Notes under the pieces: model-generated | Seen by the model: the letters and a program-made list of their open reading frames with translations, nothing else | Databases searched by the model: none | What the model was told of the DNA's origin: nothing | Shown: positions 1 through 8,716 of the stretch, piece after piece | How positions within the stretch are numbered: the first letter of the stretch is position 1 | Layout of the letters: each line of letters opens with the position of its first letter | Translations under genes and position numbers: made by a program | Origin: Octopus sinensis | Lineage: Eukaryota | Reading direction: 5' to 3' | Length of the DNA: 19,365 nt | Assembly (NCBI RefSeq): GCF_006345805.1 | Contig: NW_021824205.1 | Span: forward strand, 1-19,365

Positions 1-162
1 ACACACACACACACACACCACACACACACACAACATTTATGGAAAAACAAGTCACGACGGGCTTCTTTTAGTTTCCGTCTACCAAATCCACTCACAAGGC
101 TTTGGTCGACCCGAGGCTATAGTAGAAGACACTTGTCCAAGGTGCCACGCAGTGGGACTGAA
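1..162 (-). mobile_element. SINE family A, partial copy (internal CA tract plus central domain, truncated in the B box)
   Basis: 54-162 is the reverse complement of 221-329 (102/109 identical by manual alignment). The (CA)n at 1-32 matches the internal microsatellite seen in the other family A copies. Confidence 0.85.
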
Positions 163-564
163 ATAGGCGCAGGAGTGGCTGTGTGGTAAGTAGCTTGCTT
201 ACCAACCACATGGTTCCGGGTTAATTCCCACTGCGTGGCACCTTGGGCAAGTGTCTTCTACTATAGCCTCGGGCCGACCAAAGCCTTGTGAGTGGATTTG
301 GTAGACGGAAACTGGAAGAAGCCCGTGGTATATATGTATATATATGTATGCGTGTATATGTTTGTGTGTCTGTGTTTGTCTCCCCCACCATTGCTTGACA
401 ACCGATGCTGGTGTGTTTATGTCCCCATAACTTAGCGGTTCAGCAAAAGAGACCGATAGAATAAGTACTAGGCTTACAAAGAATAAGTCCTGGGGTCGAT
501 TTACTCGACTAGAAGGCGGTGCTCCAGCATGGCCGCAGTCAAATGACCGAAACAAGTAAAAGAA
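163..564 (+). mobile_element. SINE family A, full-length tRNA-derived SINE
   Basis: A-box-like TGGCTGTGTGG (177-187) and B-box-like GGGTTAATTCCC (218-229). Central CCTTGGGCAAG domain, internal TA/TG microsatellite and 3' tail GGCGGTGCTCCAGCATGGCCGCAGTCAAATGACCGAAACAAGTAAAAGAA. Homologous copies lie at 3712, 8274, 10886 and 12686. Confidence 0.9.
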
Positions 565-593
565 AGAAATGAGAAAAAAGAAAGATATATATA

Positions 594-1292
594 TTCTTTT
601 ATATGTTTCAGCCCTAAGACTGTGGCCTTGCTGGGGCACCGCCAGTGTAATCAACTTTTTATTGGCTAATTCTACGTGATTGGCTTTTCTGAAGGAGAGA
701 GTTCGGCACCGCTGAACTCTTTTGAGATTCCTGCTTTGATATTGGTTCATCTTGGATCTTGGAAAGCAAGAGGTCAAGTTGTTTCTTGAAAACATCTACC
801 CCTACTCCATGGAGATCCCTCAGATGTTTTAGCAAGGCGTTAAGTAGCTGTGGGCCCTTGATTCCCAAGCTAATGCAGTACATAGTCCTCTCTTTCGATA
901 GGACAAAGGGGACTCTGGAACAGTGCAGTGACGTCCATTTCAAGGTCTGGTATAACTCTCAGTTCCAAAGTTTGGTGCCAGCCCTTCCAGTATCTTCCAC
1001 ACGTATATCACTGCATGCCCCTCCCGTCTTCGCTCCAGGGATTAGAGTCGTTAGCTCTTTCAGACTCTCCCAGAAGCTCAGCTGTTCCATTGATGCAATC
1101 TTTCTCGTGTAGCATCGCTGAACCGCCTCAGGTCCCGCTATTAATCCGACAGTAGTCCAGACGGCTGGGGACAAGAGTCCTCCATAGCACAAGCATAGCT
1201 ACCTGGTCCCTTGTTCTGAAGGTTCTCAGAATCCATCCGGCCATTTGTCTGTACACTGCCACCATCTTGGTGATATGCATATGAAATGAGGC
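594..1292 (-). mobile_element. 5'-truncated, decayed non-LTR retrotransposon (CR1/L2 group): ORF2 C-terminus, short 3' UTR and tail
   Basis: Across frameshifts the minus strand reads ASFHMHITKM..GWILRTFRTRD..LWRTLVPSRLDYC / EAVQRCYTRKI..LSFWESLKEL / SLERRRE..AVIYVWKILEG / GPQLLNAL..FKKQLDLLL..DEP, typical of the post-RT region of CR1/L2-type ORF2. Stop at 659-661 and tail at 594-643. Confidence 0.85.
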
Positions 1293-1312
1293 TATATATG
1301 GATGGAGTGAGG

Positions 1313-1755
1313 AAACGATTGACCGGAGTCTCGCATGCATGGAGTTCAACCGATTATATTTGAATGTATTTTTCAAATGCCTTCACTTCGGCGCGCTGAG
1401 ACCGGAAAAATCAACCTGCAGCTAATAAGTAGCAGCAGTCAATTTACCGGTTAGAGAACATATTTATTTTATATAAAATTAATTAAGGGTAGAAATTGAT
1501 ATTAGTCAATTAAAACCAGTGGTCTAGCATATTAAAAAGAATCCGAAGATTAAAATATTTTTACATACAAATTAAGGACTGAACACGAATTTTATATAAA
1601 ATAAATATGTTCTCTAACCGGTAAATTGACTGCTGCTACTTATTAGCTGCAGGTTGGTTTTTCCGGTCTCAGCGCGCCGAAGTGAAGGCATTTGAAAAAT
1701 ACATTCAAATATAATCGGTTGAACTCCATGCATGCGAGACTCCGGTCAATCGTTT
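1313..1755. mobile_element. Foldback/MITE-like element with 168-bp inverted arms
   Basis: 1313-1480 is the reverse complement of 1588-1755 with one mismatch (167/168). The spacer is 107 bp and AT-rich. No TSD is visible, so the element call is less certain than the inverted repeat itself. Confidence 0.7.
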
Positions 1756-1951
1756 TCGCATCTAGTCCAGCAAATTGTATTTATAACAGACCATGCTGAC
1801 GAGATTACAGTTTATCTTTGCGGGTAATAATAATCGAAACTGATTCAGTACATGGGTAATTATTTTATTTCGTATATTTTCATTTGTCTTGTTTAATGCT
1901 TTGGTTTTGTGCTGAGTTTTATTTCAGAACATACTCTTTGTGGAGAATGGC

Positions 1952-2007
1952 GTTGTGAATTCGATTCCTGGACCTGGCTGCATGTTGTTGCTCATGAGCA
2001 AGACACT
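1952..2007 (+). mobile_element. SINE family B head fragment
   Basis: B-box-like GAATTCGATTCC followed by TGAGCAAGACACT. It is inverted relative to the adjacent copy and joined to it through a CACT microhomology. Confidence 0.55.
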
Positions 2008-2238
2008 CCACAGACATGCGTACCGGTCAAGTACTTCTCAGGGAGATTCAGAGTGAAATAGAATGCGACAAGTCTGGCCCTTATGAATTACAGCTACAAC
2101 TCATTTTTGCCAGCTGAGTGGACTGAAGCAAGGGGAAATGAAGTGTCTTGCTCAAGGACACAACTCGCAACCGGGATTCGAACTCACGAACTTACGATCA
2201 TGAACCAATTACTCTACGCACTAAGCTACGCACCTTCA
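2004..2238 (-). mobile_element. SINE family B (tRNA head, GTGTCCTTGAGCAAGACACT central motif)
   Basis: The minus strand has A-box-like TAGCTTAGTG and B box GAGTTCGAATCCC. Its 3' part (AAGGGCCAGACTTGTC...CTGAATCTCCCTGAGAAGTAC...GTCTGTGGAGTG) is homologous to the 3' parts of 4602-4980 and 7694-8069. Confidence 0.75.
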
Positions 2239-2263
2239 TAGACGAGAAAGTAAACAAATGCCT

Positions 2264-2486
2264 ATTTCTTTATTACCCACGAGGGGCTAAACATAGAGGG
2301 GACAAACAAGGACAGACATAGGTATTAAGTCAATTACATCGACCCCAGTGCGTAACTGGTGCTTTATTTATCGACCCCGAAAGGATGAAAGGCAAAGTCG
2401 ACCTCGGCGGAATTTGAACTCACAACGTAACGGCAGACGAAATACCGCAAAGCATTTCGCCCGGCGTGCTAACGCTTCTGCCAGCT
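2264..2486 (-). mobile_element. SINE family C, near-complete copy
   Basis: The minus strand begins AGCTGGCAGAAGCGTTAGCACGCCGGGCGAAATG, has B box GAGTTCAAATTCC and ends in AATAAAGAAAT. Decayed relatives lie at 7125, 7377 and 10216. Confidence 0.8.
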
Positions 2487-2695
2487 GTTAGTGACTCTTA
2501 AGTACTCAATATGTTGTTGTTTAGGGCCATTTCGGCGTCTACCTAGGAGCCCTAGGGTAAGTACGTTCTGTGACCATCCCAAGCCAGCCCCCTTTATTTG
2601 AGGCGACTAAGTATGGGGGTTATTTGGTATATGCGTATGTGTACACACTTCGTTTTGCGTGGGTGTTAATTCAGGGTGTATATAATAATATAATA

Positions 2696-2869
2696 TACAT
2701 CCACACACACACACTCACATACACACACATACACACATACACCCACACACACACACACTCTTTTACACATACACACACATACACACTCGCTCGCACTCAC
2801 ATAAGCACACACACACACACTCTCTCTCTCTCTCTCACACACACACATACACACATACACACACACACA

Positions 2870-2906
<37 letters not shown>
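2696..2906. repeat. Compound (CA)n/(CT)n microsatellite
   Basis: Directly visible dinucleotide tracts. Confidence 0.95.
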
Positions 2907-2908
<2 letters not shown>

Positions 2909-3014
2909 GCACACATACAATTACAAAAGAGCTGCTAATGGTTTCATGCTGTCCTTGCATTTTCTAGCTGTGTATATAAAAATGATGTCTCTCCCTGGAT
3001 GGGGAAATTTTCTG

Positions 3015-3245
3015 CAGATCCTAACAGCCATACCGCTGTTCATTTATCGCGGTTCACCTATCGCGGTTTTTTATTCAAGCTTACGTCAATTCCTCCGTGC
3101 TGTTGTTTTGCATTTGTGATAAAATAAATATATACAAATTATAAAAATAAGAAAAATACTGTACAGTATTGTTTCTACTACACGGATATTCACCTGTCGC
3201 GGTGGGTTTTGGAACGTAACACCCGCGATAATCGAAGGATTATTG
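3015..3245. mobile_element. pogo/Tigger-like MITE remnant
   Basis: The right end on the minus strand reads CAATAATCCTTCGATTATCGCGGG, like Tigger/pogo CAGTA.TCCC.. termini, next to a TA run. Repeated TATCGCGG subterminal motifs occur at both ends. The left end is decayed and its boundary approximate. Confidence 0.55.
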
Positions 3246-3260
3246 CATATATATATATAT

Positions 3261-3469
3261 AAAGTTAATCCAAACAAGAATACAAAAACAAAAAAACAAC
3301 AACGCAAGGACGTGGAACAAATAAAGTATTATTGGACGCTCAGGAAAGAAGGGAAGAAGGAGGGTTTGACGTTTCGAGCGGATCTCTTCGTCGGAAATAT
3401 AGGAGAAGGAAAGATCCCGAGAAGGGAAGACAGGGGAAAAAAATCGCTAGTGATACAGACGAGGTCACA
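3261..3469 (-). mobile_element. Probable Penelope-like element (pLTR) fragment
   Basis: A non-microsatellite segment bounded by (TA)n on both sides, containing a minimal hammerhead-like motif, which is the known signature of Penelope pLTRs. No coding homology is visible, so the family call is an inference. Confidence 0.5.
3365..3397 (-). ncRNA. Minimal type I hammerhead ribozyme-like variant
   Basis: The minus strand reads UUU-CCGACGA-A-GAG-AUCCG-CUC-GAAA-CGUC-AAA. Stem I is UUU/AAA, stem II is GAG/CUC, stem III is the palindrome ACGU and the cleavage triplet is GUC. The core has C instead of the canonical U4 and an extra A after A9. Confidence 0.6.
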
Positions 3470-3665
3470 TATATATATATAAATATTTACAGGTTTTGAT
3501 AAGATGTTGTAGTATGAAACAATTGTACTAAATTACCGGATTCATTCTTGTTGCTTATTTTTTTTATTATAATCACCCCACATATTTTATAGGTAACACC
3601 ATACAAAATTCTGGTGCATCTAAATTAAGTACCATATTCATTTGAATCTAAATTGTTGCTGATAT

Positions 3666-3711
<46 letters not shown>

Positions 3712-3714
<3 letters not shown>

Positions 3715-4080
3715 TTGTTTTATTCATTTGAATGCGGCCATGCTGGAGCACGCCTCTAGACGAGCAAATCGACCACAGGATATATTCTTTGTAAGCCTAG
3801 TAATTATTTTATTAGTCTCTTTTGATGAACCGCTAAGTTACGGGAACATAAACACACCAGCATCGGTTGCCAAGCGATGTTGGGGGGACAAACACGGACA
3901 CACAAATACACATACACACACACATACGATGGGCTTCTTTCAGTTTCCATCTACCACATCCACTCACAAGGCTTTGGTCAGCCCGAGGTTATAGCAGAAG
4001 ACACTCGTCCAAGGTGCCACGCAGTAGGACTGAACCCGAAACCATGTGGTTGGTTAGTAAGCTACTTACCACACAGCCAC
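3712..4080 (-). mobile_element. SINE family A copy
   Basis: Reverse-complement homology to 163-564 from the tail to GTGGCTGTGTGGTAAG. Confidence 0.9.
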
Positions 4081-4311
4081 ACACACACACACCACACACA
4101 CATATATACACATACATACAAACAGATACATACACACACATATATACACATACATACATACATACATACATACATACATACATACACACATATTGTGCTA
4201 CATCGTATTAATACAGGAATTTTAATCTTGAAATTTCGTGTATTTCCTTGATATGCCGCCATTGTATGTCAGTATGACATAGCAGCGTGCATATGTATAA
4301 ATGCGTATATC

Positions 4312-4345
<34 letters not shown>

Positions 4346-4400
4346 TGTATGTATGTATGTATGTATGTATGTATGTATGTATGTATGTATGTATGTATCA
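4081..4400. repeat. (CA)n/(TACA)n and (TATG)n microsatellites
   Basis: Directly visible; a near-perfect (TATG)n runs at about 4316-4398. Confidence 0.95.
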
Positions 4401-4503
4401 TCTATCTAGTTATCTCTCTATATATGTAGGTATGTAGTTTTACATAAATGCATTACACGCGCACACAGACACAGACACACACAAATACGCACACACATTT
4501 ATA

Positions 4504-4546
4504 CATGACCGCGGTCAAATGACTGAAACAAATAAATAAGATAAAT
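4504..4546 (+). mobile_element. Isolated fragment of the shared SINE-A/LINE 3' tail
   Basis: CATGACCGCGGTCAAATGACTGAAACAAATAAATAAGATAAAT matches the tail at 529-564. Confidence 0.75.
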
Positions 4547-4601
4547 GGATGTGTGTGTATACATACGCACACACACACACACACCACACACACACACACA
4601 T

Positions 4602-4980
4602 GGAGGCGCAATGGCCCAGTGGTTAGCGCAGCGGACTCTCGGTCGTAGGATCGCGGTTTCGATTTCCCAGACCGGGCGTTTTGAGTGTTTATTGAACGAA
4701 AACACCTAAAGCTCCACGAGGCTCCGGCAGGGGCGGGATGGCGAACCCTGCTCTACCCTTTCACCACAACTTTCACTTTTTCTTCTTGTTTCTGTTGTAC
4801 TTTGTATTCCAAAGGGCCAACCTTGAGACAAACTGTGTCACGCTGAATCCCCACTAGGACTACGTTAAGGGTACACGTGTCTGTGGAGTGCTCATCCACT
4901 TGCACGTTAATTTTACGAACGGGCTGTTCCGTTGATCGGGTCAACTGGAACCCTCGTCGTCGTAACCGACGGAGTGCCAC
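4602..4980 (+). mobile_element. SINE family B variant (B'), full length
   Basis: A box TGGCCCAGTGG (4612-4622) and B-box-like GGTTTCGATTTCCC (4655-4668). Homologous end to end with 7694-8069. Confidence 0.9.
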
Positions 4981-5168
4981 TAATAATATAGATAGATAAA
5001 TAAGATAGATAAATAGTGGAAGAGGCATTATTTTTAATGAACGTTTTAAGGTTAAAGACTCCATAAAACCCGATTCCGTAAACTGTGAGGTGAGTGCGAA
5101 TGGGTCGGGCGAAGCAGCGGAGTATTAAAAGATGAAGCGGGAGTCTCTACAAAGATTATATGGAAGTG

Positions 5169-5169
<1 letters not shown>

Positions 5170-5208
<39 letters not shown>

Positions 5209-5471
5209 TGTGAGCGTCGGGGGTGAAAGTTGGGGTTGATTGTCGGGATGAGAGATGAGAAGGCGATGGGGGTTTGTCGTGGTGGCGGTGATGGTGATGG
5301 TGATGTTATGATGGGAATACTTAGAATTATGATGGTAGCGGTGATAAACGTGGTGGTGATGATGCTGATGATAGTGGAAGTGGTGGTAGTGGTGGTGGTG
5401 GTGGTGGTGCTAAACGTGATGGTGGCGTTTAGAGGGGAACTAATGAGGTTGGAGTTAGTTTGGGAGGTAAT

Positions 5472-5512
<41 letters not shown>

Positions 5513-5555
5513 AATGGGTGGATGGGTGGGTGGATGGTGATGGTAGTGTTGATGT
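5170..5555. repeat. (GT)n and degenerate (GGT/GAT)n low-complexity tract
   Basis: Directly visible. Confidence 0.9.
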
Positions 5556-5656
5556 TGCTGTCACCGTTTATCTTGGTTATTTTCATTTGGTGCGTTGTTT
5601 TTATTATCAATCCCCTCCTGATCAGAGGCTGACTTCTTTCATTTCCTGGGGTCACT

Positions 5657-5659
<3 letters not shown>

Positions 5660-5691
<32 letters not shown>

Positions 5692-5899
5692 CACCATCAC
5701 CACCACCACCACCACTACCACCACCACCACCACTACAACTTCCACCACCACCACGACTACCACCACCACCACCACCACTACAACTTCCACCACCACCACC
5801 ACCCCACCACCACTACCACCACCACCACCACCACCACCACCACCACCACCACCACCACCACCACCACCACTACCACCACCACTACCACAACCACAACAA
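5660..5899. repeat. (ACC/AAC/TAC)n trinucleotide tract with a 45-bp higher-order duplication
   Basis: CACTACAACTTCCACC occurs at 5731 and again at 5776. Confidence 0.95.
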
Positions 5900-5921
5900 T
5901 AAAAAGTCTAGCTATGTGATT

Positions 5922-5977
5922 ATTTGACCTGCAGGAAATAACTACCAGATGTCCCTCAAATCATAGTTTACTGTCTT
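5922..5977 (+). repeat. Decayed interspersed repeat, related to 11650-11800
   Basis: ACCTGCAGGAAATAACTACCAGATGTCCCTCAA aligns with ACCAGCTAGAAACAGCAGCCAAATGTCCTTCAA at 11654. A GGATGGTCACGGCTGG-like motif follows both (6206 and 11748). Confidence 0.5.
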
Positions 5978-7124
5978 CGGACGATCCTTCGGTATTGGTC
6001 TAGTCTCTAGATGTGTCGGTATAAGGGAGACGACGTCATTCCCTCTCTGTTTCATCTTTACCCGTTTATCTACGCCATGAGGGAAGGTGGTGAGGGTCAA
6101 TGACATCATGTACCTATGCCGAAAGATTGCCAATCTTTAAAAACGTGAAAGGCAACATCAGTTAATGAAGTTGTAGCAGATGCACAGTATTTGGGGAGGA
6201 TGCTGGATGGTCACGGCTGGGACGTCTTTTGTCGTCGGTAAATCGTGTTCGAACATCAAACAAGCACCACAAAGTATTTCTTGTGATATTCTGCTCGCAG
6301 AGCTGCTGTTGTTGTTGTTGTTATTGTTCCTCCCATATCGGTTCTGTCGAAAAGTGCGATGATCAAAGACATTCTCGATAACATTATATAGTCTTCTTCT
6401 TTTCTTTTATTATGAAGCAAAGGTGATTCGAGGAAGATTCAGTTGTTATTTCTAGTAGTTCGATCGTCCACGTAGACGCGCCCTCCAATGAAGATGATCG
6501 GGACACTTTAGATCTCTCACTCGCAGCATTTCTCCTCAGACTCCGGCAGAAAAGAAACATCATTGCTTCCACTGTAAGATGCCTTACTGTAATGGGTGAT
6601 GGCTAAGTTGGAATGGAGTTAATCTGCGAGAAATGTGGAAACATCGATTCCCAGAACCCCGTCTTCAGCCAGGAAACATTGATATTAATTGTAAAAGTTG
6701 CTACTATGTAAATGAAGATTCCTTGGACCCATAGACAGCACTTGAATAACCCCCAAGAACATATCCACCTAATACTTTCAATGCAATAATATGAAGGTCG
6801 AGGCTGTGTTCATAGGCTTCGCAGACCGTTTGATGTCGGCAAGAGCCACACTGTTAAAGTTCGTCGGTAAAACGATAGTTGGCAGACGTTACCTTTCGAA
6901 CCTTGACAACTGTATCGTGTTTCCGCCTCTTATTCAGACACAACAGCTAAACATTATTGAATTTTCCTTTCCTTTGTAAGACGAAAGGGTTTTATTTCGA
7001 GGGAGGTGTAGCTGCTATTTCTGGTAAGTCTTGTGCTCACGAATCTCTCTCAACTTGATTCATTAATAAATTTATTTCGTAGAAACCACATCGTTAGAGA
7101 CTTGTGGTGTTTGTTTAAATTCTT

Positions 7125-7190
7125 TGTGCTCTGAGTTCAAATCCCACGCAAACCAACCTTGGCTTGCGTTATTCGATAAATAAAGTTTCG
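7125..7190 (+). mobile_element. Decayed SINE family C fragment
   Basis: CTGAGTTCAAATCCC B box followed by sequence resembling the family C body (TCGATAAATAAAG). Confidence 0.5.
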
Positions 7191-7376
7191 CTGCTGGATA
7201 CTAGGTGACTGGACTGTTAGATTAATTACCTTGAGGTACATATTTCCGGTTCTTTATGTTCAGAGTTAACCCCCATTAAAAAAATTTTTCATTACTTAAG
7301 TCTGATTTTGTGGCCGTTTGTGGAAACCTACCTCTTTGAAATGATTGATTAAATTATGTATCAATATCTCAATTCC

Positions 7377-7440
7377 TATTTAATCGACCTCGGATTGATG
7401 AGAGTAAACATGTATCCGGGCAAGATTTGAACTCAGGACA
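7377..7440 (-). mobile_element. Decayed SINE family C fragment
   Basis: TATTTAATCGACCTCGG...GATTTGAACTCAG aligns with 2365-2425. Confidence 0.6.
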
Positions 7441-7464
7441 TAACAAGCATATAACATGAGAATT

Positions 7465-7570
7465 TTGTTTGAGGCTCTACAGACTGTTTTCATTTACCCG
7501 CCAAGGTCGGGTCCGATAATATTGTTTGAGGTTCTACAGACTTTTCTCATGTACACACCAAGGTCGGGTC
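7465..7570. repeat. Direct duplication of a 49-bp unit (period 57)
   Basis: 7465-7513 versus 7522-7570, 43/49 identical. Confidence 0.9.
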
Positions 7571-7693
7571 TCTGGGTAAGTAAGGTGTGTAGAGTTTACC
7601 CGGATTAAAACTTTAGATACCATTTACAAAATTTATTGAAAAATCCAATTCGTGACAAAAAATTATAATTCAATTGCTTGTCATTCGAAATGA

Positions 7694-8069
7694 GGAGGCG
7701 CAATGGCCCAGTGGTTAGGGCAGCGGACTCGCGGTCGTAGGATTGCGGTTTCGATTCCCAGACCGGGCGTTGTAAGTGTTTATTGAGCGAAAACACCTAC
7801 AAGCTCCACGTGCTCCGGCAGGGGATGGTGGTGATCCCTGCTGTACTCTTTCACCACAACTTTCTCTCACTCTTACTTCCTGTTTCTGTTGTACCTGTAT
7901 TTGAAAGGGCCGGCCTTGTCACTCTCTGTGTCACGCTGAGTATCTCCGAGAACTACGTTAAGGGTACAGGTGTCTGTGGAGTGCTAAGCCACTTACACGT
8001 TAATTTCACGAGCAGGCTGTTCCGTTGATTCGGATCAACCGGAACCCTCATCGTCGTAACCGACGGAGT
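7694..8069 (+). mobile_element. SINE family B' full-length copy with an 11-bp TSD
   Basis: A/B-box head and homology to 4602-4980. CATTCGAAATG flanks it at 7682-7692 and 8078-8088. Confidence 0.92.
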
Positions 8070-8273
8070 CCTTCCCCCATTCGAAATGGAATTCCGTGAA
8101 GCATTTTTAACGGTGGAAGTCGAACGAGAGAAATAATAGTGTCGAACAGTGTTTGTCAGCCATTTTTTTTTACCCTTGAACCGCTCTAATCCCTATTTTA
8201 CTCAGAGGGTCCCTCGTGGTCATTCGATGTTTTAAAAATCTTGTTTATTTTATGATTAGATATTTTAGGAATT

Positions 8274-8685
8274 ATTCTTTTATTCTTTTATTTGTTTCAG
8301 TCATTTGACTGTGGCCATGCTGGAACACCGCCTTTAGTCGAACAAATTGAACCCAGGACTTATTCTTTATAAGCCTAGTACTTATTCTACCGGCAACTTT
8401 TGCTGAACCGCTAAGTTACGGAGACATAAACACACCAACATCGGTTGTCAAGCGATGGTGGTGGGACAAGCACAGACGCGGCCCGCACGCACGCACGCAC
8501 ACGCGTGCACACACACATATATATGACGGGCTTCTTTCAGTTTCCGTCTACCAAATCCACTCACCAGGCTTTGGTCAGCTCGAGGCTATAGTAGAAGACA
8601 CTTGCCCAAGGTGCCACGCAGTGGGACCGAACCCGGAGCCATGTGGTTGGTTAGCAAGCTACTTACCACAGAGCCACTCCTGCGC
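8274..8685 (-). mobile_element. SINE family A, full-length copy
   Basis: Reverse complement of the family A copy at 163-564, from GCGCAGGAGTGGCT to a (TAAAAGAA)n tail. Confidence 0.92.
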
Positions 8686-8716
8686 TTAAATGTATAAGAA
8701 ATACAATATTTTTGGG

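Noticed and set aside
199-795. 198-aa minus-strand ORF and the similar ORFs at 3653, 3867, 3877 and 11056
   Set aside because: Antisense readings of SINE-A; the same peptide fragments recur at each copy.
759-1155. Plus-strand ORFs of 117 and 75 aa
   Set aside because: They are antisense to the decayed LINE ORF2, and the recognisable motifs are on the minus strand.
1293-1770. Extension of the first foldback arms or a TSD beyond 1313/1755
   Set aside because: The flanks match at only about 7/14 positions and show no direct repeat.
4602-4680. tRNA genes at the SINE heads (also 165, 2170, 7694 and 18015)
   Set aside because: A and B boxes are present but I could not form a full cloverleaf with an acceptor stem, and each head continues into a repeat body. 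tRNAscan-SE would confirm.
5052-5919. Long ORFs (229 aa poly-V/H/T, 170 aa, 115 aa)
   Set aside because: They are translations of GT, GGT and ACC microsatellites that lack stop codons by composition.
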